This document shows, piece by piece, positions 17,701 through 26,286 of a stretch of DNA of 64,000 nt. A model generated the notes under the pieces. The model ran no database searches. It was not told the origin of the DNA and was given only the letters and a program-made list of their open reading frames with translations. The stretch lies in assembly GCA_964617735.1 (NCBI GenBank), contig CAZTXT010000001.1, forward strand, positions 600,549-664,548, given 5' to 3'. This DNA is from an uncultured Candidatus Saccharibacteria bacterium (lineage in GTDB: Bacteria > Patescibacteriota > Minisyncoccia > Phycocordibacterales > DSPV01). A program made the translations under genes and the position numbers. Numbering within the stretch: the first letter of the stretch is position 1; each line of letters begins with the position of its first letter.

Positions 17701-17962
17701 CATGCAGGTCGTCCTCGGCGGCATCCTCGAGGAAATGAAATCCATCATCACCAAAAATAACGAGCAGATGGCCTTCGTCCGCCTCGCCGATCTCTCCGGC
17801 TCCATCGAGGCCGTCATCTTCCCGCGCATATTCAAGCAACAGAAGTCGCTCCTCGGGCCCGAGGCATGCATCGCCATCAAGGGGCGTGTGTCGGAGCGCA
17901 ATGGCGAACAGAGCATTATTGTAGAAAGTCTCCGCGCGCTCGAGTCAACCAAAGAGAAATAG
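14741..17962 (+). CDS. dnaE: DNA polymerase III alpha subunit
   Basis: PHP domain (VHLHTHSHYSLL), polIII alpha core, OB fold; true start possibly Met at 14759. Confidence 0.95.
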   Translation: MSYNEAMQQSKIVHLHTHSHYSLLSALPKIPELVAVAKKGGIGALGLTDLGNLYGAIEFYKECTGQGIKPIIGVEAYTAARTISDKQAGIDNRRGRLILLAENITGYKNLLKLVTVANMEGFYYRPRIDQELLEKYSEGLIAISPAYGGDIAQAIKNKDREKAAERAAWFLKRFGTNRFFIEITRHPEVEGFDIPDLVTFAREQKIEIVAGHDVYYLSPDDKQAHDTIQSVQNNPDYGEISTPENGLDLSLLSAEHLNERFKDIPEALANAAKIAERSSLELALGKWIFPDYQTAKGVGHDEELRKKAYEGLSIRGMEKTPEIEKRIDYELSIIKNKGYAPYFLVVADLLKYARDHQIVTTTRGSAGGSLVSYLTYITTTDPIAYKLPFERFLNPERPKAPDIDMDIADDRRDELIAYAKQKYGADRVAQVGTFGTMMARGAVRDVARALGYEYAVGDRISKLIPFGSQGFPMYIDRALEMVPELKEAYKKEKDVRDIINMAKKIEGCVRHIGVHAAGVVIAPTPLTDYTPLQYDPKGEGKIITQYDMYSITDEYGGVGLLKFDFLGIKNLAILADAAERVEKIEGKKIDLETIPLDDKKTFDMLGRGETTGVFQLGGTGMTHYLKDLRPSTIHDINAMVALYRPGPMESIPRYIERKHNPRLVSYLDPRLKDILDQSYGVITYQDDVLLVAVKLGGYSWLEADALRKAMGKKIPAEMEAQKEKLIAGFVKNGMTPEKAQDLWKLIEPFAAYGFNKAHAASYGKVAYQTAYLKANFPAIYLSAVLTADSGDVERIGETIAECKRMGIPVLPPDVNESFEGFTVVKNPNEADKIRFGLTTIKNFGEGIAASIITERKKSGKFKSLGDFLERIHDRNLNKKSLESLIKCGALDSFGERGAMLSNIENLLEYHKEHADSDKDQTSLFGDTPNVGNLRLASAPQASAPEKLAWEKELLGLYISGHPLDKFRTLLEKREVNVRRVKEEYREGMQVVLGGILEEMKSIITKNNEQMAFVRLADLSGSIEAVIFPRIFKQQKSLLGPEACIAIKGRVSERNGEQSIIVESLRALESTKEK

Positions 17963-18019
17963 CCTCGGTTTGCAGAAAAAAGCATAGCGTGGGAAGCTGT
18001 TAACAGAAGAAAGGATTTT

Positions 18020-18238
18020 ATGAACAAAATTATGAGAACCGCGCTCTTTTCTAAAAGAGACGCTCAAGAGCAGCGCATACGCGACCGCAAGCAAGGTCTC
18101 AAAAGGCCCAGCGAACCAGACGACGTACGCGTCTCACCCAATGACTGGAATCGTGCCGCAGAAGGATTCCGCAGACATGATCCTACGGGAGAAAAACTCG
18201 CAAAGCTTCTCATGCAGTCACGCAAGAAGCGCTTGTGA
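18020..18238 (+). CDS. Small basic hypothetical protein (72 aa)
   Basis: Good RBS (AAAGGA), followed by strong terminator. Confidence 0.4.
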   Translation: MNKIMRTALFSKRDAQEQRIRDRKQGLKRPSEPDDVRVSPNDWNRAAEGFRRHDPTGEKLAKLLMQSRKKRL

Positions 18239-18254
18239 AATTTGCTTCCCTACC

Positions 18255-18291
18255 GCGCCCGACCGTACGTCTACGGTCGGGCGCTTTTTTT
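18255..18291 (+). terminator. Rho-independent terminator (13-bp stem + T7)
   Basis: GCGCCCGACCGTA-CGTC-TACGGTCGGGCGC TTTTTTT; lies inside the spurious N-terminal extension of the thrS ORF. Confidence 0.85.
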
Positions 18292-18325
18292 GCCCAAAAC
18301 TCATGAAATTGCTACTATTTGGCTC

Positions 18326-20062
18326 ATGAATACCGAACTTGAGCACAAACGCCATTCGCTCGCCCACCTTCTCGCGGCGGCGGTTTTGGAACTACATCCG
18401 AAAGCCCTCCCGACCATCGGCCCGGCCATAGATACAGGCTTTTACTACGACTTCGACGACCTGACGATCACTGAAAAAGATCTCGGCAAGATAGAGCAGA
18501 AAATGCGCGAACTGGTGAAATCCTGGAAAAAATTTGACGGCAAAGAAGCCTCGGAAAAAGAAGCCCGCGCTCATTTCAAGAAAAATCCTTACAAACTGGA
18601 GCTCATTGATGACATCGTCAAAGACGGCCAGAAAATCACCTTCTATACCTCCGGCGAATTCAGAGATCTCTGCCGCGGCGGACACACAGAGAATCCTGCA
18701 AAAGATATACCGGCGGGAAGCTGGAAGCTCGACCGTGTTGCAGGCGCATACTGGCGCGGTGACGAGAAGAACAAGATGCTCACGCGCATCTACGGTCTTG
18801 CATTCAACACGAAAGAAGAATTGGAAGCGTACGAAAAGCAAGTAGAAGAAGCGAAGAAGCGCGATCACAAAAAACTCGGGCCAGAACTCGACCTCTTCAC
18901 CTTCTCCGAGCTCGTCGGCTCCGGCCTCCCCCTCTGGACTCCGAAAGGCACGCTCATGAGAAACCTTTTAGACAGCTTCGTCTGGGAGCTTCGCCAGAAA
19001 GCCGGCTATGTGCAGGTGGACATCCCGCACATCACCAAAAAAGAACTCTATGAGACCAGCGGCCACTGGCAGAAATTCAAAGACGAGCTCTTCCGGATCA
19101 AAACCCGCGAAGGGCACGAGTTCGTGATGAAGCCGATGAACTGCCCGCACCACACGCAGATTTACGCGCGCAAAGCATGGAGCTACCGCGAGCTTCCCCA
19201 GCGCTACGCTTCTACGACGAAAGTCTACCGCGACGAGCAGTCAGGCGAGCTCTCCGGCCTCTCGCGCACCCGTGGATTCACACAAGACGATGCGCATGTA
19301 TTTTGCCGCGTGAGCCAGATCAGCGAGGAGGTGAAAAAGATTTACGAGATAATCAAGACCTTCTACGGCGCATTCGGCCTCACTACCCGCATCCGTCTCT
19401 CCATTTGGGATGCCAAGCATCCGGAAAAGTATCTCGGCACGAAAGAAGTCTGGCAGAAAGCGGTAGACGCCCTCGAGCACACGCTCTATGAGCTCGGACA
19501 CAAAGACTTTGAATGGGGTATCGGCGAAGCGGCATTCTATGGGCCGAAAATAGATTTCATGTCCAAAGATTCTCTTGGCCGCGAGTGGCAGGTGGCGACG
19601 ATACAGCTTGATATGAATATGCCGGAGCGCTTTGACCTCACCTGCACGAATGAAAAAGGAGAAAAGGAGCGAATCGTGATGATACATGCCGCTATCATGG
19701 GCTCAATCGAGCGGTTTATGGCGACACTCATCGAGCACACCGGTGGTGCGTTTCCACTCTGGCTTAGCCCTGTGCAGGCAGTCGTTTTACCGGTGAGCGA
19801 AAAGCATCAGGAAGCCGCCCAAAAAGCGCTTGACACGTTTGGGCAAGCAGGCATCCGCGCTGAACTCTCCGACCCATCAGAGTCTCTCGGCAAACGCGTC
19901 CGCACCGTCAAACTCCAAAAAGTCCCCTATTGGCTCGTCATTGGAGACAAAGATGTCGCCGCCAACGCCGCAACGCTTGAGTCTCGCGAGAAGCAGTTTG
20001 GCCAACTCTCCGTAAAGGAAATCGAAGAAAGATTCTTAAACGAGATAAGAGCCAGGGGTTAA
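18326..20062 (+). CDS. thrS: Threonine--tRNA ligase (short form lacking N-terminal TGS/editing domains)
   Basis: Class II aaRS motifs, HxxxH zinc site, C-terminal anticodon-binding domain; start at Met after terminator. Confidence 0.92.
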   Translation: MNTELEHKRHSLAHLLAAAVLELHPKALPTIGPAIDTGFYYDFDDLTITEKDLGKIEQKMRELVKSWKKFDGKEASEKEARAHFKKNPYKLELIDDIVKDGQKITFYTSGEFRDLCRGGHTENPAKDIPAGSWKLDRVAGAYWRGDEKNKMLTRIYGLAFNTKEELEAYEKQVEEAKKRDHKKLGPELDLFTFSELVGSGLPLWTPKGTLMRNLLDSFVWELRQKAGYVQVDIPHITKKELYETSGHWQKFKDELFRIKTREGHEFVMKPMNCPHHTQIYARKAWSYRELPQRYASTTKVYRDEQSGELSGLSRTRGFTQDDAHVFCRVSQISEEVKKIYEIIKTFYGAFGLTTRIRLSIWDAKHPEKYLGTKEVWQKAVDALEHTLYELGHKDFEWGIGEAAFYGPKIDFMSKDSLGREWQVATIQLDMNMPERFDLTCTNEKGEKERIVMIHAAIMGSIERFMATLIEHTGGAFPLWLSPVQAVVLPVSEKHQEAAQKALDTFGQAGIRAELSDPSESLGKRVRTVKLQKVPYWLVIGDKDVAANAATLESREKQFGQLSVKEIEERFLNEIRARG

Positions 20063-20066
20063 TTTA

Positions 20067-20975
20067 ATGGATGCAGAAAAATCTGGTAATTCGGGTAAAC
20101 AAGAGTACTCCGGCTTCTTTGATATAGGAAGAAAATTTTCTGACCTATTACTTATATTGATCTCAGGCTTTTATCTTTTTGGCTTTATTTCTTGGAATTT
20201 CTATCTTGCCAACTTTGGTTTCTTTGAGTCAAATCTCCTGCAGACAAGATATATATCGGCTGGCATACTTTTCTTGGTAATTGTATGGATACCTCTATAT
20301 GTCTTTAGATCAATAATAGAAAAAATATTTTTACTGAGTCTCAAAAATAAAATCAGCAGAACTATTTACTACATCTTGTTAATTAGTTGTTTGGTTCTAT
20401 TTCTTGTTTTTTATCTAACCAGCAACTTCTCAGCTAAATTCTTCAATCCGTTAAGTTATTCAAAGGGAATATTTGAGTTTTACTTACTTGAATTATTTTT
20501 AATATTATCCGTTCAACGAAGAACGAATATTCGACTAAAATGGCCAAATCCTCCTCAGATTATTGCCGGACTTTTATTTCTAAACTTGGTAGTGTTTAAC
20601 ACCCAAATCTTCCCTTACCTCCCTGGATATTTAGGAGGAGCACAACCTATATCAACAAATATTATAGGCCAACCCGATTCAATAACGTATTTAAGTAATT
20701 TTAACATTTATATGGGAGAGAATGGCAAAGGTTTACCATCCGTTGAGACCACACCCTTATGTAAAATATACGAGAACAACGACTACATAATTGTAGGCAT
20801 CACTAATAAAAATAATCAAGGCGCATTAGTACCGGTAAGAATCCTAATCTTGAAAAAAGACTTAATTGAAGGATTTTCTACAAAACCTGACTATTTCAAA
20901 TACTTCTCGTGTCCTCAATTTATCTCTCCTATTATTCCCATGTTTCCCACCACAAAAACAAACCCTTCCAATTAA
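20067..20975 (+). CDS. Polytopic integral membrane protein of unknown function in AT-rich (about 30% GC) island
   Basis: 302 aa, about 8 predicted TM segments, very different base composition from flanking genes. Confidence 0.6.
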   Translation: MDAEKSGNSGKQEYSGFFDIGRKFSDLLLILISGFYLFGFISWNFYLANFGFFESNLLQTRYISAGILFLVIVWIPLYVFRSIIEKIFLLSLKNKISRTIYYILLISCLVLFLVFYLTSNFSAKFFNPLSYSKGIFEFYLLELFLILSVQRRTNIRLKWPNPPQIIAGLLFLNLVVFNTQIFPYLPGYLGGAQPISTNIIGQPDSITYLSNFNIYMGENGKGLPSVETTPLCKIYENNDYIIVGITNKNNQGALVPVRILILKKDLIEGFSTKPDYFKYFSCPQFISPIIPMFPTTKTNPSN

Positions 20976-20977
20976 AA

Positions 20978-21120
20978 AAGTGGGTACCGAATGCAAAAAC
21001 TTTGAAACTCTGGATATCCGCGTCGGGAAAATTATCAAGGTTGAGGATTCTCTGATCAAGAAACCAACCTACCGCATCACTGTTGATTTCGGGATGGAAC
21101 TTGGAACAAAAGTCTCGTTA
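20978..21120 (+). pseudogene. Truncated remnant of a Trbp111/CsaA/MetRS-C-type tRNA-binding domain
   Basis: Translation ...FETLDIRVGKIIKVEDSLIKKPTYRITVDFGMELGTKVS matches the conserved LDLRVGKI...DxG motif of EMAP-like tRNA-binding domains, then runs into terminator without the rest of the domain. Confidence 0.35.
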
Positions 21121-21122
21121 AG

Positions 21123-21152
21123 AAAAAACCGACGCGTATGCGTCGGTTTTTT
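21123..21152. terminator. Bidirectional rho-independent terminator (AAAAAACCGACGC-GTAT-GCGTCGGTTTTTT)
   Basis: Perfect 9-bp stem flanked by A6 and T6. Confidence 0.85.
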
Positions 21153-21163
21153 GAAGGAGCGAT

Positions 21164-21529
21164 TTAGTGTGGCGGAAGCTTCTTTACGACTGGATCATCC
21201 GCTTCACATACGAGCATCGATAGGAGCTCGCCATCCCCACAAACTATCGGGCTGGTAAATACATCACAGCACACTATGTCTCCGTACTCGTCAGTTACTG
21301 TGCGGAGTCTCAAATGCTCGACTCTTCGCTTCACATCACACCAAACGGTATTTCTCTTAAATCGAATACCTGCAAACGCAGACATGTCGTCAATCGAGAC
21401 CACAAATGCACGACAAGGTTTTAACAAAAATACTGCGACGCCGACCGAGTCATCTGATTGTGCTGCTTCGTCTTTACCATCTCGTGAATAGAAGGTACCC
21501 TCAGGACATACTTGCTTTTCAATCGTCAT
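21164..21529 (-). CDS. Hypothetical protein (121 aa)
   Basis: ORF only. Confidence 0.4.
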   Translation of the reverse strand: MTIEKQVCPEGTFYSRDGKDEAAQSDDSVGVAVFLLKPCRAFVVSIDDMSAFAGIRFKRNTVWCDVKRRVEHLRLRTVTDEYGDIVCCDVFTSPIVCGDGELLSMLVCEADDPVVKKLPPH

Positions 21530-21620
21530 AAGTAGATGCTGTTGTGTTTCTCTTGTTTTCCCAATCTAACAAATATAATAACACAAGTGCTCCATATGTC
21601 AAGTATCTAAACAAAATAAA

Positions 21621-21652
21621 CCCGCCGAGTCGAAAGACTCGGCGGGTTGTGT
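21621..21652 (-). terminator. Rho-independent terminator (stem CCCGCCGAGTC/GACTCGGCGGG) for 21668-22018 gene
   Basis: Minus transcript reads hairpin then UUUAUUUUGUUU. Confidence 0.7.
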
Positions 21653-21667
21653 TCCGCAACCTATGAC

Positions 21668-22018
21668 TTACGCAGGAATCGCACCTCGCGGTCCGAAGAT
21701 CTCTTCCTCTACACCAAGAGTGACCGGGTGGGCTTCTTCAGGGTACCAACCTTTAGAAATAAGTGAAGCCTCCCACATCTCGTGGAAAATGCACCGCCGT
21801 TCCCACTCTCGGGGGAGTCCCTCGACCACATACACTTCGTAGTCCCGCGCGCGCTCAAGCGGCTTGTACCACGCGATTGCGGGGTCAGGCCGTATGTAGA
21901 AAAAAGAGAATGTGAGCCCTCTGAATTCGAGGATTTCGTACGTACCGAAGGTTGCCTTATCAATGAGCGAGAGCAGTTCTTCAACCGCATGCTGTTCGTC
22001 TGGAAGTATAGCGTTCAT
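21668..22018 (-). CDS. Hypothetical protein (117 aa from MNAILPDEQ; longer start at 22063 possible)
   Basis: ORF flanked by two hairpin terminators sharing the same stem sequence. Confidence 0.45.
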   Translation of the reverse strand: MNAILPDEQHAVEELLSLIDKATFGTYEILEFRGLTFSFFYIRPDPAIAWYKPLERARDYEVYVVEGLPREWERRCIFHEMWEASLISKGWYPEEAHPVTLGVEEEIFGPRGAIPA

Positions 22019-22078
22019 TCTGCAAGAGATACTACGGTGATATCCTAATCTGTCAACAAGCACTCATGAAATTAAAAA

Positions 22079-22110
22079 CCGCCGAGTCGGTCGTACGACT
22101 CGGCATTTTA
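22079..22110 (-). terminator. Rho-independent terminator for uvrC (stem GCCGAGTCG/CGACTCGGC, same stem motif as 21621-21652)
   Basis: Hairpin followed on minus transcript by GGUUUUUAAUUU. Confidence 0.7.
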
Positions 22111-22121
22111 TACGTTTAGCT

Positions 22122-23342
22122 TTATTTAGTAAGTTTATCGCGCCTTCTGCGGTGGAACGAGATAGCAAAACGATGCGCCTCGCGGTTCGCCAACAGTATC
22201 GGGGTGCGCAAGCGGGCGGCGGCATCACGGTCGCCTAAGATACGCGACGGGCGGTGATGTTCGTCTTTGACGACAGAGACGAGACGCGCGGTAATACCCG
22301 CTTGCGCAAGGATCTGCTGTGCAAGGTTAAGCTGTGTCACTCCCCCATCTACGGCGATGACGTCCGGCATTCCCCACTCTCGATGGTTGAATCGGCGCCG
22401 TAAAACTTCTGCGAGCGCCTTGAGGTCATCGCCAGCGGAGTCTTCCTTGATGCGAAACATCCGGTACGCGCTTTTATCGGGCTTAGAGCCGCTGACGACC
22501 GTCATAACCGCGACGGTCTCCTTGCCGGCGGTGTGTGCGACATCGAATGCCTCGATCCTCTGCACGATCTCTGAACCCGTCGGATGTTCTGCGATAAGCG
22601 CAACGTCCTGAATATGTTCGAGCGAGAAGATAGTCCGCTTTGCCTGCTCTGCTTTCTCGAATTCCTGCGTCTTTGCGTACCTCTGCATATCGCGTTTGAG
22701 GTCACGAATGATGAACGATTTCTTGCCTTCAAAAAGACGTTGGATATGTTTGATAGTTTGCGCGTAGCCCTGCTTACTTATCTCTCCCGTGCACACGCCC
22801 GGGCAGAGGCCTATCTGGCGGTTGAAGCATGGCCGGCCCTGATTCGGGGTACATTTGCTGTCACGATACGGAAATATGCGACGAATTATTTTTAACGCAG
22901 TCTGAAACTTTCCTCCTTCCGGAAACGGCCCCGCGATGAATTTCGAAGAAAGGTCGTCGGGCAAACCTGCCTCGATCTCTTTTTTGCGCACCAAAAGAAC
23001 GCGCGGGAATTCTTCGTCGGTAATGACCACGCAGTTGTAGCTTTTATCATCTTTATCATCCGTGTTGTATTCCGGTTTGAATTTGCGGATGAGATCGCCC
23101 TCAAGGAGCATCGCTTCAAGTACCGAATCAGTCTCGCGGAAATCGAGCGAGCGCGCCTCGGTGAGCATTTTCACCAATTTAGGGCCGCGGGTATCCATAA
23201 GGTCCTTCGCAAAATAGCTCCTTACCCGGTCGCGAAGCGATGTTGCACGCCCGATATAGAGGATCTTTTTTCGAGCACCGAGGAAGAAATATACGCCGGG
23301 AACATCGGGTAGAGCAAATCTTTTGATATCTACAATCTTCAT
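22122..23342 (-). CDS. uvrC: Excinuclease ABC subunit C, short form (GIY-YIG + UvrBC-interaction + RNase H-like endonuclease, no HhH)
   Basis: GVYFF..YIGRA..R..YF..EYN GIY-YIG motifs; CxxxxxxCxGxC UvrC region; IEAFDVAHT endonuclease domain; 406 aa. Confidence 0.88.
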   Translation of the reverse strand: MKIVDIKRFALPDVPGVYFFLGARKKILYIGRATSLRDRVRSYFAKDLMDTRGPKLVKMLTEARSLDFRETDSVLEAMLLEGDLIRKFKPEYNTDDKDDKSYNCVVITDEEFPRVLLVRKKEIEAGLPDDLSSKFIAGPFPEGGKFQTALKIIRRIFPYRDSKCTPNQGRPCFNRQIGLCPGVCTGEISKQGYAQTIKHIQRLFEGKKSFIIRDLKRDMQRYAKTQEFEKAEQAKRTIFSLEHIQDVALIAEHPTGSEIVQRIEAFDVAHTAGKETVAVMTVVSGSKPDKSAYRMFRIKEDSAGDDLKALAEVLRRRFNHREWGMPDVIAVDGGVTQLNLAQQILAQAGITARLVSVVKDEHHRPSRILGDRDAAARLRTPILLANREAHRFAISFHRRRRDKLTK

Positions 23343-23394
23343 GGCGTTATGGATTTTCCTAGACTATACTACTTTGAGAAAGGATGCACATCGT

Positions 23395-23550
23395 ATGAAA
23401 ACGTTACGGAAATTGATGCCCGGCGGTCTGAATCCGTCCCTCACTGAGCGACTACGGAAGGCAGAGGAGGAAGCGCGGCGGCTAAAGCTCCGGATGCATG
23501 GTTTCTGGAGACGAAAGATGACTGCCGGCTCAGCGCAGTTTGTGCGCTAA
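23395..23550 (+). CDS. Small basic helical protein (51 aa) between uvrC and uvrA
   Basis: Internal ATG of the 23323-23550 ORF just after the uvrC start; followed directly by strong plus-oriented terminator; speculative. Confidence 0.3.
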   Translation: MKTLRKLMPGGLNPSLTERLRKAEEEARRLKLRMHGFWRRKMTAGSAQFVR

Positions 23551-23561
23551 AAGCGGCGAAG

Positions 23562-23600
23562 GCGGCCGCTCCGTACACTCGGAGCGGCCTTTCATTTTTT
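23562..23600 (+). terminator. Rho-independent terminator (GGCCGCTCCG-TACACT-CGGAGCGGCC + TTTCATTTTTT)
   Basis: Perfect 10-bp stem; T-run overlaps uvrA stop codon. Confidence 0.8.
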
Positions 23601-26174
23601 CTTGAGAACCCGGCGCAAATACTCACCGGTATGCGATCGCTCCGTATTCGCGACTTCTTCTGGCGTCCCCTTCGCGACGACCTTCCCTCCCGCATCCCCG
23701 CCGTCGGGTCCGATGTCGATGATATAGTCGGCGGATTTAATGACATCGAGATTGTGCTCGATAACGAGCACCGTATTGCCCCGATCCACCAGCTTCTGGA
23801 GGATTTCGATGAGCTTGCGGACGTCTTCGTAATGCAAACCGATGGTCGGCTCGTCGAGAAGATAGATAGTCTTCTGCAAATGCGGACGGTAGAGCTCGGA
23901 GGAGATCTTGACCCGCTGGGCTTCGCCGCCCGAGAGCGTCGTTGCCGATTGCCCGAGCTTAAGATATCCCAAGCCTACTTCATTGAGCGTATGTAGACGA
24001 TCATAGATAGCGGGAATATCCTCAAAGAATTTGAGTCCTTCCTCTATCGTCATTTCGAGTACCTGATAGATGCTTTTCTTTTTGTATTTCACTTCCAGCG
24101 TCTCTTTCATAAAACGCTTGCCGCTGCACACTTCGCAGGTAACGTAGACGGTCGGAAGGAAATGCATCTCGACTGCGATCTCTCCATTCCCTTGGCATGC
24201 CTCGCACCGGCCGCCTTTGACGTTGAATGAGAAGCGGCTCGGCCCCCAACCTCTCACGCGCGCTTCGGGTGATGCCGCGAAGAGCTCGCGGATGAAGGTG
24301 AATGCGCCGGTGTAGGTCGCCGGGTTTGAGCGCGGCGTGCGGCCGATCGGAGACTGGTCAATGAGAATGACGCGCCCAAGGTACTCCGTGCCCGTAAAAC
24401 TCGCGCAATTGAAGGTTTGCGCGCTCCGATACCGACGCTCAAGCCGTGCCAGCAGATTCTTATGCAGAATCTCATAGACGAACGACGATTTGCCGGAACC
24501 AGAAACTCCGGTTACGGTGACGAGTTTGCCGAGCGGAACATCAACGTTGAGATTTTTTATATTGAATACAGAGCCTCCGCGAACCTTGAGAGAGCCTTTC
24601 TCCGCGGTGCGCCGTTTTTCAGGAATCGGGATCGTGCGCTCCTCGCGCAGATATTCGAGCGTTAAGGACGGCGGGACCTTTTTTGCGGTGAGCAGATGAT
24701 CGAGGTAGCCCGAAACTACGATCTTTCCCCCATGTACGCCAGCCCCGGGCCCGATATCAATGATGTAATCGGATGAGAAAATGGTGTCTTCATCGTGTTC
24801 GACCACTAGTATCGTATTGCCGGCATCGCGCAGCTCGAGCAGGGTCTTGATCAACTTATCATTATCGCGCGCATGCAAGCCGATGGTCGGCTCGTCGAGC
24901 ACATAGAGCGCCCCGACCAGACCGGAGCCGAGCTGGGATGCGAGCCGGATACGCTGGGCTTCGCCGCCCGAGAGTGTATGGGCTCTGCGATCGAGGGTGA
25001 GATACCCGATGCCGACGTTGAGCATGAAGGTAAGGCGTGCGGTGATCTCTTTGGCCACCACCTTAGAGATAGCGCGCTCCGCCGGAGAGAGTTTGAGATT
25101 CTTGAAAAAATCGAATCCCGATGCAATGGAACGGGAGGTGAGTTCGACGATGTTAACGCCGCCGACCAGAACATGCAGAGCCTCTTCGCGCAGGCGCGCG
25201 CCCTTGCACCGGGGACACACTTCATCGCCGAAAAAATGCCGCGTACCGAGACCGTTGCATTCAGGACAAGCGCCGTAGGGAGAGTTAAAGGAAAAGAGCC
25301 GCGGCTCGACCTCGGGATACGAAAAACCGTCGTAGGGACACATGAATTTCGATGAGATGACACGCTCGCCGGCCACCGTCTCGATCTTGACCAAACCGTC
25401 CGATTCATGGAGCGCCCGCTCGATGGATTCGCTTAAACGCTCATGGATGCCCGCAGAGGCATTCGGGAGTTCACTTGCAAAAAATTCGTCTACCAACACA
25501 TCGATATCGTGCTTCTTGTTCTTCGAAAGAATGATCTGCTCGCGCAGCTTCTTGAGCTGCCCGTCGACTTTCACCTGACTGTATCCTTTGCCCAAGAGAT
25601 CATAGAGCAGTTGATAGTATTCCCCTTTACGGCCGACCACGATCGGAGAGAAGATCTTTACCTTCGCGTCGTTGACCGCAACACCCATCACACGTTTCTT
25701 CCCCGAGCTATCCTCATGCGCCACGCTCTCTAAGATCGTACTCATGATCTCCTCGTGGGAGAGCCGGACTATGGGACGATTGCAGATGAGACAGTGCGGA
25801 ACGCCGACACGGGCAAAGAGAACCCGTAGGTAGTCGTAGATCTCGGTAACCGTCGCGACCGTCGAGCGTGGGTTGTTCGAGCGCGACTTTTGGTCGATAG
25901 AGATCGCGGGAGAGAGACCGACGATCTCGTCGACATCGGGCTTCTGCATCTGGCGAAGGAATTGACGGGCGTACGCGGACAGCGATTCGACATAGCGCCG
26001 CTGGCCTTCCGCAAAGATGGTGTCGAAGGCAAGCGACGATTTGCCCGAGCCTGAGAGACCAGTGAACACGACCATCGAGTTCCGCGGCATCTCTACCGTG
26101 ACATTCTTGAGGTTGTGCGTACGGGCGCCCTTTACGATGATTTTTTCGTCTTTTTTCTCTGATTTCTCTGACAT
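23592..26174 (-). CDS. uvrA: Excinuclease ABC subunit A
   Basis: Tandem ABC ATPase modules ([14 protein letters not shown] x2), zinc fingers CxxC; 860 aa. Confidence 0.97.
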   Translation of the reverse strand: MSEKSEKKDEKIIVKGARTHNLKNVTVEMPRNSMVVFTGLSGSGKSSLAFDTIFAEGQRRYVESLSAYARQFLRQMQKPDVDEIVGLSPAISIDQKSRSNNPRSTVATVTEIYDYLRVLFARVGVPHCLICNRPIVRLSHEEIMSTILESVAHEDSSGKKRVMGVAVNDAKVKIFSPIVVGRKGEYYQLLYDLLGKGYSQVKVDGQLKKLREQIILSKNKKHDIDVLVDEFFASELPNASAGIHERLSESIERALHESDGLVKIETVAGERVISSKFMCPYDGFSYPEVEPRLFSFNSPYGACPECNGLGTRHFFGDEVCPRCKGARLREEALHVLVGGVNIVELTSRSIASGFDFFKNLKLSPAERAISKVVAKEITARLTFMLNVGIGYLTLDRRAHTLSGGEAQRIRLASQLGSGLVGALYVLDEPTIGLHARDNDKLIKTLLELRDAGNTILVVEHDEDTIFSSDYIIDIGPGAGVHGGKIVVSGYLDHLLTAKKVPPSLTLEYLREERTIPIPEKRRTAEKGSLKVRGGSVFNIKNLNVDVPLGKLVTVTGVSGSGKSSFVYEILHKNLLARLERRYRSAQTFNCASFTGTEYLGRVILIDQSPIGRTPRSNPATYTGAFTFIRELFAASPEARVRGWGPSRFSFNVKGGRCEACQGNGEIAVEMHFLPTVYVTCEVCSGKRFMKETLEVKYKKKSIYQVLEMTIEEGLKFFEDIPAIYDRLHTLNEVGLGYLKLGQSATTLSGGEAQRVKISSELYRPHLQKTIYLLDEPTIGLHYEDVRKLIEILQKLVDRGNTVLVIEHNLDVIKSADYIIDIGPDGGDAGGKVVAKGTPEEVANTERSHTGEYLRRVLKKK

Positions 26175-26286
26175 ATACGCTCAAACGCCCCGCCGGTGCC
26201 CGGTAGGGGTAGTTATGTCACGTAGGATAGCAAAATGGAGAGAAAAAATCTAATGCAACCGGATTCCCTGTCGATCGCCGATAGAG

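Noticed and set aside
18242-18325. N-terminal extension of thrS ORF (MLPYRARPYVYGRALFLPK...)
   Set aside because: The extension is the translation of an intrinsic terminator hairpin (18255-18291). The conserved ThrS sequence begins at Met 18326.
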